From Candidatus Magasanikiibacteriota bacterium (GTDB taxonomy: Bacteria; Patescibacteriota; Patescibacteriia; Magasanikbacterales; GWA2-37-8), in NCBI GenBank assembly GCA_041665405.1, contig JBAYIZ010000007.1:1-55181 (forward strand): a DNA stretch of 55,181 nucleotides, in the 5' to 3' direction. Both the position numbers and the translations under genes were made by a program. This document shows positions 44,897 through 54,070 of this stretch, one piece after another. Each line of letters starts with the position of its first letter. The first letter of the stretch is position 1. The notes below the pieces were generated by a model, which saw nothing but the letters and a program-made list of their open reading frames with translations, was not told the origin of the DNA and searched no databases.

Positions 44897-46111
44897 ATGC
44901 CATATCTCAGTCGTCTATTAAACAGTAAAGTCAGTGATAGTGCCGACACGGTGATTGGTCGTTTGGAAGATGTGTTGATCAGAGTACGGCCTGGTGAGTA
45001 TTCTCCTTTGGAGTATGTGGTTATCAAAAAACGTCATCAGAGGAAAAGAGTCATCATCCCATATGAGGCGATTGAAAATTTTAGTAGCGAAGAAGTTTCT
45101 TTGCGTACACTTTTTTCAAAAATAAATTTTTTAGAGCACGAGCCAGATGGTTTTGTTCGTCTGAATCGTGATGTAATGGATCAACAAATAGTGGATGTGG
45201 CTGGCGCGCGAGTAGTTCGTGTCAATGATCTACGGATTGGTGATTTTGAAGGTAAAATGTGCATTCTGGGAATTGATGTAAGTTTCGGCGGATTGTTACG
45301 TCGTCTTGGGATGTCTTGGATGGATTTTTTGGGCGTCATGAAAGTGAACTTGATTGATTGGCGCAAAGCTCAACCGGTTGAGGGTGTATTAAAATTGGAT
45401 AGTGTGTCCAAGGATTTGACCAGACTTCATCCCGCTGACATTGCCAACATCGTAGAGGATTTAAGTGCTAAACAAGGCAGTAATCTGGTATTATCACTAG
45501 ATAAAAATATGGCAGCACGTGTATTTGAGGAAATAGATCCTGAGATTCAAAAATTATTGATTTCTCAACTAAGTCCTGAACATGCGGCACGTATCAGTGA
45601 GCGTATGTCAATTGATGAGTTAGTAGATTTGATTCAATCTTTGCCAGAGCATCAATCAAAGCAATTGTTGAACTTTGTTGAACAAGATCGCATGAAAAAG
45701 GTAAAAAAATTATTGAGCTATGAGGATGATACAGCGGGCGGTTTGATGTCTACTGATTTTCTCGCTGGTTTACCAGATGATACTATCGCCGCAACTATTG
45801 AAAAAATTCGTAAACTTTCAGATAGTTTTCGTTCGTTAAATTACGTGTATATTATTGATGAAAAGGGAAAGTATAAAGGTGTAATTTCTTTTAGAAAATT
45901 ATTGATTTCTGATAAAAGGGAAGTTTTGAAGGATGTGATGAAAAAAAATATTCATTTACCGGTTTTATATCCTACTCAATCGATAAAAAGTGTGGCTCAT
46001 TTGATGACCAAATATGATTTGAATTCTGCTGCCGTAGTTGATCAAGAAAATAAATTTTTGGGAGTGGTCGCTGTCGACGATGTGATGCGAGTTTTAGTAC
46101 CAAATGCTTAA
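44897..46111 (+). CDS. Soluble PRC-barrel + MgtE-N + CBS-pair protein (no membrane domain)
   Basis: 404 aa. Central region LHPADIANIVEDLS...ARVFEEIDPE resembles the MgtE N-domain. The C-terminal tandem CBS is like the MgtE cytosolic part. No TM segments. Confidence 0.65.
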   Translation: MPYLSRLLNSKVSDSADTVIGRLEDVLIRVRPGEYSPLEYVVIKKRHQRKRVIIPYEAIENFSSEEVSLRTLFSKINFLEHEPDGFVRLNRDVMDQQIVDVAGARVVRVNDLRIGDFEGKMCILGIDVSFGGLLRRLGMSWMDFLGVMKVNLIDWRKAQPVEGVLKLDSVSKDLTRLHPADIANIVEDLSAKQGSNLVLSLDKNMAARVFEEIDPEIQKLLISQLSPEHAARISERMSIDELVDLIQSLPEHQSKQLLNFVEQDRMKKVKKLLSYEDDTAGGLMSTDFLAGLPDDTIAATIEKIRKLSDSFRSLNYVYIIDEKGKYKGVISFRKLLISDKREVLKDVMKKNIHLPVLYPTQSIKSVAHLMTKYDLNSAAVVDQENKFLGVVAVDDVMRVLVPNA

Positions 46112-47384
46112 TTTTATGCAAAATGATGTTGTAAAAGAATCGAGAAGAGTGAAGCTTTGGGCTAGGATCTTATTAATAAGTAGTGTTATTGGTCCAGGAA
46201 TTATTGCTGGTACTGCCGATAATGACGCTGGTGGAATTGCCACTTATTCGGTAGCTGGTGCTCAATTTGGGTATCATCTGATTTGGGTTTTATTTGCTAT
46301 TACTTTTGTATTGGTGATTACTCAAGAAATGGGGTCACGTCTCGGAATAGTTTCTGGCAAAGGACTGGCCGCTTTGATTCGAGAAAACTTTCCTTTTAAG
46401 GCAACATTTTTTATTATCTCTTTGAGTTTTATCGCCAATTGGGCCAATGTTTTGGCCAACATTTCTGGTATATCAGCCGTGGCAAATATTTATAATATTC
46501 CCAATTGGTTATTTGTTTTGAGCTCGGCTAGTTTGGTTAGTTGGTTGGTAATATCAGGTAATTTTAAAAACATTCAGAGGATTTTTCTTACTTCATCAGC
46601 GCTATATTTGGCTTATGTTGTCGCTGGTTTTATGAGTCACCCAGATTGGTCAGCGGCGTTGAAATCCATTGTAGTGCCATCTTGGATTCCTACACAAGAT
46701 TTTCTATTTATGGCTATCGCTCTTATTGGTACCACAGTGACCATTTGGGGACAGTTTTTTATTCAATCATATTTTGCAGAAAAGGGTGTGCGCACTCAGG
46801 ATTTGGGTTTGGCAAAATTGGATATTTGTCTGGGCGCATTTTGGACGAATTTTGTAGCTTTTTTTATTATTATAGCTACTGCGGGGACATTGTATGCGAA
46901 CGGTATAACAATAAATGACGCAGCCGATGCGGCACGTGCATTGGAACCGTTTGCGGGATCACTAGCAAAGCATTTGTTTGCTTGGGGGCTGTACAATGCC
47001 TCAATGCTTGGGGCTGGAGTAGTGACTATTTCTACTGCTTATATTATTACTGAAGCTTTTGGTTGGGAAGGAAAAGTTAATGCTGGTTTCAAGGAGTCGT
47101 CTGCATTCTATAAAATCTTTTTGTTTTGTATTTTTTCTACTGCTTTGATTGTACTAATACCAAATTTTCCAATAGTAACTGTTTTGGTTGCTTCACAAGC
47201 CTTAAACACATTCGTGTTGCCGGTGTTATTCTTTTTCTTGTTGAGACTTTTAAATCGCAAGGATATTATGGGACAACATCGCAATGGTAAGATTATGAAT
47301 ATCGCGGCTTGGGTTTCTATTGTCGGATTAACAGTATTAAATTTAGTTTATTTTGTGTATTTGATTATTGGGTTTTTTGATTAG
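46104..47384 (+). CDS. NRAMP-related transporter with a non-canonical metal site
   Basis: 426 aa, about 11 TM. TM1 region GPGIIAGTADNDAGGIATY replaces DPGN, and GTTVTIWGQF replaces the MPH-containing motif. 8-nt overlap with the upstream gene. Confidence 0.7.
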   Translation: MLNFMQNDVVKESRRVKLWARILLISSVIGPGIIAGTADNDAGGIATYSVAGAQFGYHLIWVLFAITFVLVITQEMGSRLGIVSGKGLAALIRENFPFKATFFIISLSFIANWANVLANISGISAVANIYNIPNWLFVLSSASLVSWLVISGNFKNIQRIFLTSSALYLAYVVAGFMSHPDWSAALKSIVVPSWIPTQDFLFMAIALIGTTVTIWGQFFIQSYFAEKGVRTQDLGLAKLDICLGAFWTNFVAFFIIIATAGTLYANGITINDAADAARALEPFAGSLAKHLFAWGLYNASMLGAGVVTISTAYIITEAFGWEGKVNAGFKESSAFYKIFLFCIFSTALIVLIPNFPIVTVLVASQALNTFVLPVLFFFLLRLLNRKDIMGQHRNGKIMNIAAWVSIVGLTVLNLVYFVYLIIGFFD

Positions 47385-48519
47385 TCGTCAAAATTTGAAG
47401 ATGTTTTTTTGCACTTTCGTTCCAGTTGTATTTAGAGGCTAATTCTGAGCCTCTTTTTATATATTCCTCATATAGTTTGCTGTTTTCAAGAATAAGTTTC
47501 ATTGCTATGGTGAGTTCAGAAACATTATTTGGGTTAATATAATAGGCAGCATTATTTGAAACTTCTGGTAATGAAGAGCGGTTGCCAGTGATGACCGGGG
47601 TACCTATTTTCATCGCCTCAATAATAGGGAACCCAAAACCTTCATAGAAACTTGGGAATACAAATAGATTGGCTTGTGCTAGTAGAGCGGGTTTATCGGC
47701 ATCTGCTACATATCCCAAAAATTTGATGTGGTCACGTAATTTTGAAGAATTGGCACACTCATAAACCAATTTATTTTTCCATCCCGATCCTCCAGCAATT
47801 AATAAATGAAATTTGTCACTCAAATGTTTTGGTAGTTTTTCAAAGGCCTTGATCAGCCCCAATAAATTTTTGCGTGGTTCAATCGATCCTAAAAACAAAA
47901 TAAAATTTTCCGGTAAGTCGTATTTTTTTTGAATAATAGTTTTTTGTAATTTTAGTTTTGGCTCGGAAACATCAAAATTTGGTGAGATACCTGGGTAGAT
48001 TACTAATATTTTGTTTTCTTCTATTTGATAATATTGAATCAAATCCCGTTTTGTATTTTCTGATGGTACGACAATAATATTTGCCTCCTGGCATTGTTTT
48101 TTTGGGTTAACTAATTTATGCCACAGTCGTTGTTTAAAAGTATTAAATTCAGGAAACAACTCAAAAGAAATATCATGAATTGTTAATATATGTTTGGTTT
48201 GTTTATTTAGCGATAAAAAATTGATATTGGGAGAATACCAAATATCAATTTTTTCTGGAAGTAGTTGATTAACGTTTATCAAACCTAAAGCCAACGCTAG
48301 ATTTACAAATTTGTTGGGATAACGGATCGAGATAAAATAAACATTTGGTTGTGACCAGATTAACAAATTTTTATCTGTTTTTTTAAAAGAATTAGAAAAT
48401 AAAAAGTAATTATTATCTTTATCTTCTTTAAAAATAGCGCTTAGCAACTCAAAAGTATACTCGCCAATGCCAGTTTTATTTTTAACCATGAGAGACCTGA
48501 TATCGACACCAATGTTCAT
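47365..48519 (-). CDS. Glycosyltransferase family 1
   Basis: 384 aa. EGFGFPIIEAM motif. Confidence 0.8.
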   Translation of the reverse strand: MNIGVDIRSLMVKNKTGIGEYTFELLSAIFKEDKDNNYFLFSNSFKKTDKNLLIWSQPNVYFISIRYPNKFVNLALALGLINVNQLLPEKIDIWYSPNINFLSLNKQTKHILTIHDISFELFPEFNTFKQRLWHKLVNPKKQCQEANIIVVPSENTKRDLIQYYQIEENKILVIYPGISPNFDVSEPKLKLQKTIIQKKYDLPENFILFLGSIEPRKNLLGLIKAFEKLPKHLSDKFHLLIAGGSGWKNKLVYECANSSKLRDHIKFLGYVADADKPALLAQANLFVFPSFYEGFGFPIIEAMKIGTPVITGNRSSLPEVSNNAAYYINPNNVSELTIAMKLILENSKLYEEYIKRGSELASKYNWNESAKKHLQILTTNQKTQ

Positions 48520-48521
48520 AA

Positions 48522-49625
48522 CTAATTTAAACTATTTTGAAATTGTGTGAAGTGATCGTTGATAAATGATTGAATTTTATTTTTGAATTTATAAGCGGCA
48601 AAATTTTGGGCATGAAGACGGATTTTTTCGCTGTCCCAACAGTAAGGATCAAATTTTGACACGCTATCGAGAAGTGATTCCCATGTTTGTTGATAAAAAA
48701 ACATGCCAGTTTCGTTGGATATGATTGTCTCTGTAGCGCCGCCATATCCGTAGGCAATCACTGGTCGGCCAGCGGCCATAGCTTCGACCGGAGTGATTCC
48801 GAAGTCTTCTTTTTGAGGATGGATAAAGGCTAATGCTCGGCTAAATAAAACAGCTTTTTCACTCTCAGAAATTTTTCCGTAAAATTCAATGTTTGATTTT
48901 GCGATTCTTTTTAGATGTTTAAATTCTGGTCCGATACCAAAAATTTTCAACGGTATATTTAAGCGATTAAAAACTTTTACAACTAAATCCAAACGCTTAT
49001 ATGGCACTAGGCGGCCACCTGCGACATAGTAATCACCAAGCTTGTTGGCAATTTGAAAGCGGTGGGTATCAACAGGCGGGAAAATAATTTCCGATTCGCG
49101 GCGATAATATTTTTTAATTCTTTTTTGAACAGTTTGAGAGTTGGCAATAAAATGATCGACTCGTTGAGTACTCATTTGATCCCAAATACGTAATTGATGA
49201 TTTAACAATGGTAAAATTAACTTAATAAAATAATTACTTTTTAAATCGGACAAATAATTGTTGCCATCTCCCCAAAGAAAACGAGGAGGAGTATGACAAT
49301 ATGAGATATGTAAAGTATCTGGTGAAGTAATAACACCTTTGGCAAAACCACTGGATGAAGAAATAACCATATCATATCCACGCAGATCGTGCTGCTCGGT
49401 GGCCATGGGCATAAAAGGCAAATACCATTGAAAAATATTATTTATGAATGGCATTTTTGACAACCACGACTCTCTGACTTTTTCATGATCCAAATAATTA
49501 ATTTTTATTCGGTCGTGAAATAAAACAAAAATTGGCGCATCTGGCCAAATTTCGTGTAAGGCTTTTAAAACTCTTTCCGCCCCTCCATCTTGCGAAAGAT
49601 AATCATGCACTAGGGCAATTTTCAT
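48522..49625 (-). CDS. Glycosyltransferase family 1
   Basis: 367 aa. EDFGITPVEAMAAGRPVIA motif. Confidence 0.8.
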   Translation of the reverse strand: MKIALVHDYLSQDGGAERVLKALHEIWPDAPIFVLFHDRIKINYLDHEKVRESWLSKMPFINNIFQWYLPFMPMATEQHDLRGYDMVISSSSGFAKGVITSPDTLHISYCHTPPRFLWGDGNNYLSDLKSNYFIKLILPLLNHQLRIWDQMSTQRVDHFIANSQTVQKRIKKYYRRESEIIFPPVDTHRFQIANKLGDYYVAGGRLVPYKRLDLVVKVFNRLNIPLKIFGIGPEFKHLKRIAKSNIEFYGKISESEKAVLFSRALAFIHPQKEDFGITPVEAMAAGRPVIAYGYGGATETIISNETGMFFYQQTWESLLDSVSKFDPYCWDSEKIRLHAQNFAAYKFKNKIQSFINDHFTQFQNSLN

Positions 49626-51043
49626 ACAATCGATCCAGTTTTTCGAATTACAACAAAGGGTGTTTTAATCAAAATAATAAAATCAATGAAGAAATTCCAG
49701 TGTTCAATATAAAAAATATCTAAACGAGCTTCTTCATCAAAGCTCAAATCACTGCGTCCGGAAATTTGGGCCATTCCCGTAATACCTGGTTTGATAGCTA
49801 AAACAGTTTTGTGCCATTTTTCGTATTTATTTACCTCTCTTGGTTGATGAGGACGAGGGCCTACTAAACTCATATTTCCAACCAACACATTAAAAAACTG
49901 AGGTAATTCGTCCAGGCTAAGAAGACGGATAAAACGACCAAAAGGTGTGATGCGAGGATCATTTTTTATTTTATAAACCGGGCCTTGTTTTTCGCTTTTT
50001 TCTTTTATTAATTCTTTTTCTACCTCGATGGCTTCTTGCCCAGATTTTCCAAATTGTTCGCCAGTACAATATTTTTGGTACATAGAACGGAATTTGTAGG
50101 TGAAGAATTTTTTACCTTCTTGTCCGACGCGTTCATTTTTGTAAATAATCGGTCCGCCGGTTTCAATTGAAATTATTAACGCGATAATTAAAAATATTGG
50201 AGATAAAATTATTAAGAAAAATATACTCCAAAATATATCGCTACCTCTTTTTAAAATTCTACCCCAGCCAGTGAGGCGGGTGCGACGGAGTTCAATAATA
50301 GGGATACCAGCGATAGTGGAAATTGCCATATTAGAGGATATCGTAGCAAATAAATCCGCGGAATATTTGAAAGTAATATGGTGTTCATTGGCAAAGTCAA
50401 TGGTTTGTAATGCCTCATCCTCTTTACTTTTTGGATCAGCAAAAATTAGTTCGTCCAAGTCATTTTTTTGTATTTTGGATAATTCATCTTGATTAAAACT
50501 TTTTAAAACACCAACTATTTTGTATCCGAGATAGGGCTTGCTTTCAAGTGTTTGTTGAATTTGGTCGGCTACACTTTGAGTACCGATAATTACAGTGCGA
50601 CGTAAACCAACACCCATTCGATAAAAAAGAATTTTTAATAATCGTAGAATTGTGCGAGCGAGTGAAACATAGATGACAGCCAAAACTCCACTAGCTAAAA
50701 CCAAAAAGCGGGAATCAAATTTTTGTAAAGTAAAAAATACATAAATAGTAATAGCGGCGAATCCAGTGGCGCAGGCAAAAAATACTTTGTTTAATTCTTT
50801 GGCCAATTTGCGGTTGGGGTCGGCGGAATATAATCCTGAAAAAGCAAAAATAAAAATCCACCCGGCAGAGGCAAACAATACAATGGGCCAATAATTTTCC
50901 CAAGACAAATTAAATAAAATAGGGCGAATACTGGTGACTAATCCAGTAAAGCGCAAACTATAAGCTGTAAAACCAGCCAAAATCAACATTAAATAATCCA
51001 AAGGAAGTTGAAGAAAGGCAAATGTGAGCTCAAAACGTTTCAT
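49622..51043 (-). CDS. Polyprenyl-phosphate sugar phosphotransferase (WbaP/bacterial sugar transferase family)
   Basis: 473 aa. N-terminal TM bundle. C-terminal DELPQFFNVLVGNMSLVGPRP signature. Confidence 0.85.
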   Translation of the reverse strand: MKRFELTFAFLQLPLDYLMLILAGFTAYSLRFTGLVTSIRPILFNLSWENYWPIVLFASAGWIFIFAFSGLYSADPNRKLAKELNKVFFACATGFAAITIYVFFTLQKFDSRFLVLASGVLAVIYVSLARTILRLLKILFYRMGVGLRRTVIIGTQSVADQIQQTLESKPYLGYKIVGVLKSFNQDELSKIQKNDLDELIFADPKSKEDEALQTIDFANEHHITFKYSADLFATISSNMAISTIAGIPIIELRRTRLTGWGRILKRGSDIFWSIFFLIILSPIFLIIALIISIETGGPIIYKNERVGQEGKKFFTYKFRSMYQKYCTGEQFGKSGQEAIEVEKELIKEKSEKQGPVYKIKNDPRITPFGRFIRLLSLDELPQFFNVLVGNMSLVGPRPHQPREVNKYEKWHKTVLAIKPGITGMAQISGRSDLSFDEEARLDIFYIEHWNFFIDFIILIKTPFVVIRKTGSIV

Positions 51044-51129
51044 ATTGTTATAATAGCATTCCCGTATAAACGGGAATCATGGGTATATTTTATGCTAAAT
51101 ATGAATGTTCGTCAATTGAAAGATTGTTA

Positions 51130-51158
51130 TTGACAAAATTGCTATTCTTTGTGATAAT
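51130..51158 (+). promoter_or_regulatory. Promoter reading into GC-enriched island D
   Basis: TTGACA, N17, GATAAT. Inverted repeat GTCAAT-N12-ATTGAC overlaps the -35. Confidence 0.5.
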
Positions 51159-51371
51159 TTGATGTTAATCTATGAACTAGATTAAACAGTTCTTTGATAT
51201 TTACCCAGTTTTCTTTTTAGTTTATTTTAGACAAATATATTAAAAAGAAAACTGGGGGGAATTTAACACTTGTAGTGTTTTATTCCAAGGTGAACTATTC
51301 ACAAGCAGGAGCATACGATGAGCAACAGCTCGAAGCATGGCGTCGTGGTTGACAAGATCATCGCTCTTTAG

Positions 51372-51926
51372 ATGGGGTTGGTCGCCGCGTGGAACTGGCT
51401 CATGGTCTTCCTTACGGTCAAGGACCTTCCTCCTAGGTTCCCGCAAGGTTTTCCTTCTGCAGCCATTGCTGCCGAGCACGGCTTCACCGTGCTGAGTGAT
51501 ACCGAACCGAGTGCCGATCTCGACGTGACGAAGCTCTATTTCAGGTCGGTGTTCTGTGACACTCAAGCACGTAGGGTTTCAGGTAGTAGTTTCTGGGAAG
51601 TGTATTTCAATGGAGTCTTTCGGTGTGCACGGCCTTGGGGGTGTCTTGGCCTCTGCGACGCACCGAGACTGTTGGCTCAGATAGATAAGGCCACCGGTTT
51701 CGACATGACCAACGGAGAGGTCTTGCTCCTTGGTACGATCTTGGCCGAAGAAAGAACCGGCCGCCGCGCCGTCGGCTGCCTCAGGACCTGCAAAGGCCCC
51801 GAGAAGAACCCCAAATGGCATTGGGCTTTGGGGTTCTTGTACACGACCAATGATCGGGTTGGGTCGGTTAGATTCACCACATCACCCTATGGCGGCTGCG
51901 CGACCACGATCGTGAGTCGCGAATAG
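51372..51926 (+). CDS. Hypothetical 184-aa protein (island D), preceded in frame by a 17-codon ORF (51318-51371) ending in TAG
   Basis: Third codon positions are predominantly G/C in this frame and less so in the in-register antisense frame. GGAG lies 6 nt before the ATG at 51318. No family recognised. Confidence 0.45.
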   Translation: MGLVAAWNWLMVFLTVKDLPPRFPQGFPSAAIAAEHGFTVLSDTEPSADLDVTKLYFRSVFCDTQARRVSGSSFWEVYFNGVFRCARPWGCLGLCDAPRLLAQIDKATGFDMTNGEVLLLGTILAEERTGRRAVGCLRTCKGPEKNPKWHWALGFLYTTNDRVGSVRFTTSPYGGCATTIVSRE

Positions 51927-51980
51927 TTTCAGAGCATCGCATCAGTCACTTCGGTGCGGCGTGTCTGGACTTGTTTTTCT

Positions 51981-52046
51981 GCCCTCGGCATTTCTGTTCT
52001 CACCAATCGGTGGGGGTAGCAATGTCCGAGGGCTTTGCTATTTTTT
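51981..52046 (+). terminator. Compound GC hairpin plus T-run ending island D
   Basis: GCCCTCGGCAT...ATGTCCGAGGGC with inner CACC-AATC-GGTG, followed by TTTGCTATTTTTT. Confidence 0.6.
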
Positions 52047-52106
52047 AGTTATTTATATGTAAATCAGGATTGACTTTTTGCTCAATTTTAGTTAAAATCC
52101 TATGGT

Positions 52107-52400
52107 ATGCAAATAATATTTGAAAATGACAAAATTGGTGATCCTGAGCGGTTTATTCGTCGTTGTGGCTATGGTCAGCACAAAATGAGAAATGGCGAAG
52201 TTAGCTATGTAAAACGAGTGCACAGTGATTGGTACCCACGATTTCATGTATATATTTCATCTGAAAAAGAAAAGGTTATTTTCAATCTACATTTGGATCA
52301 ACGTCAGCCAGTATATGAAGGTGTGACTGCCCACGCTGGTGAATACGATGGTGTGGTAGTAGAAAAAGAAGCAGAAAGAATAAAAAAATTTGTAATTTAA
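52107..52400 (+). CDS. Hypothetical 97-aa protein
   Basis: Compact ORF abutting adk, with a TTGACT-N17-TAAAAT promoter upstream. No family recognised. Confidence 0.5.
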   Translation: MQIIFENDKIGDPERFIRRCGYGQHKMRNGEVSYVKRVHSDWYPRFHVYISSEKEKVIFNLHLDQRQPVYEGVTAHAGEYDGVVVEKEAERIKKFVI

Positions 52401-52401
52401 T

Positions 52402-53067
52402 ATGTCAAAAAAGATTTTAATTTTTATCGGACCACCAGGAAGTGGCAAAGGTACACAGGCAAAATTGTTGGCGCATAAATTTGGATATATACATTTTTCT
52501 ACGGGTGATTTGTTGCGCGCGCTTGCAGAAAAAAACAATATTGCTTATGATGAAAAAAATGCTTTGGAGGAAATGAAAGATGGGAATTTGGTACCGGATT
52601 GGTTGGTGTATCGTTTGTCTTTTAATGAAATAAAAAATATTTTGGGTGAAAATAAAGGTGTAGTTTTGGATGGTGCGATTCGTAATTTGGAACAAGCGCA
52701 AGAATTTCAGAAATTTTTTGTGGAAAATAATTTGGAAAAAGAAGTGCAAGTAATTGAAGTAAAATTGTCTGATGAAGAAACTATGAATCGTCTGACAAAA
52801 CGCCGAATTTGTGCTAAGTGCGGGGAAATTATTCCTTGGTTGGCGACTACCAAAGATTTGGTTGTTTGTCCAAAATGTGGCGGTGAATTGGTTTATAGAC
52901 AAGATGATAAAATAGAAACTATCCAAAAAAGAATTGAAGAGCAGGGTAATTTGGCACTACAACCGATTGTAGATTATTATAAAAATTTAGATTTGTTGAA
53001 ATCTGTTGATGGAGATCAAACTATTGAATTGGTGGAAAAACAAATTGCAGAGATCGCGAAATCATAA
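52402..53067 (+). CDS. adk: Adenylate kinase (zinc-lid type)
   Basis: GPPGSGKGTQA P-loop. CAKCG...CPKCGG lid. Confidence 0.93.
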   Translation: MSKKILIFIGPPGSGKGTQAKLLAHKFGYIHFSTGDLLRALAEKNNIAYDEKNALEEMKDGNLVPDWLVYRLSFNEIKNILGENKGVVLDGAIRNLEQAQEFQKFFVENNLEKEVQVIEVKLSDEETMNRLTKRRICAKCGEIIPWLATTKDLVVCPKCGGELVYRQDDKIETIQKRIEEQGNLALQPIVDYYKNLDLLKSVDGDQTIELVEKQIAEIAKS

Positions 53068-53076
53068 TTTTATTTT

Positions 53077-53883
53077 ATGGCGTTAATTAAAACACAGCAC
53101 GAAATTGAAAAGATTATTATTGGTTGTAAATTGACCGGTGAAATTTTGGAAAAATTATATAAAATGGTGAAGCCCGGGATGAGTACTTGGGAGGTGGATC
53201 AAATGGCAGAGAGATTGATTGAAGAAGCAGGGGGTCGTCCAGCTTTCAAAGGATTTAAGGGCCACAAAGATGATATTCCATTTCCATCTACTATATGTGC
53301 TTGTGTTAATGAAGAATTGGTACATGGTATTGCGAAGAAAAATTGTATTTTGAAAGATGGTGATATCTTTACTATTGATATTGGGATGGAATGGCCATTC
53401 AAAAAAGGAGAACGTGGATATTTCACCGATACAGCTTATACGGTGGCGGTAGGAAAAATCTCTAAGGAGACAGAAAAATTATTGCGAGTAACTCAGGAAT
53501 CCCTAGAAGCTGGAATAAAAGCCGCTATTCCTGGTAATAGTGTGGCAGATATCGGCAGGGCTGTTGAAAATTATGTAAAATCTCAAGGCAAGTATGGAAT
53601 AATTCGAGATTTGGTTGGGCACGGAGTTGGACATGCTGTGCACGAAGATCCTAGAATTCCAAATTATTATGATCCAAAATTAGAAAAAATAAAAATAAAA
53701 CCTGGTATGGTGTTGGCGATTGAGCCAATGGTTTCGATGGGTGATTGGCGTGTAGACAACAGTCCAGATAATTGGACAATTATTATGGCAGATTCATCGA
53801 TGTGTGCGCATTTTGAACATACGGTTGTGATTACCAAAACTGGGAATATTGTGGCGACACGCCGACCAGGGGAAATAGATTAA
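53077..53883 (+). CDS. map: Type I methionine aminopeptidase
   Basis: 268 aa. DIFTIDIG, GHGVGHAVHE, LAIEPM and HFEHTV metal-ligand blocks. Confidence 0.93.
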   Translation: MALIKTQHEIEKIIIGCKLTGEILEKLYKMVKPGMSTWEVDQMAERLIEEAGGRPAFKGFKGHKDDIPFPSTICACVNEELVHGIAKKNCILKDGDIFTIDIGMEWPFKKGERGYFTDTAYTVAVGKISKETEKLLRVTQESLEAGIKAAIPGNSVADIGRAVENYVKSQGKYGIIRDLVGHGVGHAVHEDPRIPNYYDPKLEKIKIKPGMVLAIEPMVSMGDWRVDNSPDNWTIIMADSSMCAHFEHTVVITKTGNIVATRRPGEID

Positions 53884-53890
53884 TTTATCA

Positions 53891-54070
53891 AATTTCAATA
53901 AATATTTTACCTCTCTCACTATAAAAATATTCGTAAATTTGCGATTCGTTTCACTCTGGCCGTGAACTCGCCTGCGGGCTCAAACAGCACGGCCAGCCAC
54001 GCTTCACTCATCTGCAAATTTTACTCGTATTTTTATCGTTCGTTCGGTTAAAATATTTATTTCAATTTTC
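53891..54070. repeat. Long intergenic hairpin element E3 (about 180 bp), related to E1
   Basis: Imperfect arms AAATTTCAATAAATATTTTACC / GGTTAAAATATTTATTTCAATTT and ATAAAAATA...TTTGC / GCAAATTT...TATTTTTAT. Apical stem GGCCGTG/CACGGCC with loop AACTCG...CTCAAACAG. Confidence 0.7.

Noticed and set aside
47365-47384. 20-nt convergent overlap of the NRAMP-like gene and the glycosyltransferase as a regulatory feature.
   Set aside because: Short 3' overlaps are common in compact genomes, and no structure or motif is associated with this one.
51240-51566. 108-aa minus-strand ORF and other small ORFs (51579..51821, 51677..51880, 51730..51915) in island D.
   Set aside because: High G+C opens many frames. 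The + frame 51372..51926 has the strongest G/C third-position bias and carries the promoter, RBS and terminator, so the others are treated as shadows.
1090-52046. GC-rich islands as assembly chimeras or contaminant reads.
   Set aside because: This cannot be excluded without reads. However, each island is short, sits exactly between intact native genes, is preceded by a native-style promoter, and shifts composition within a continuous transcription unit, which argues for real insertions.
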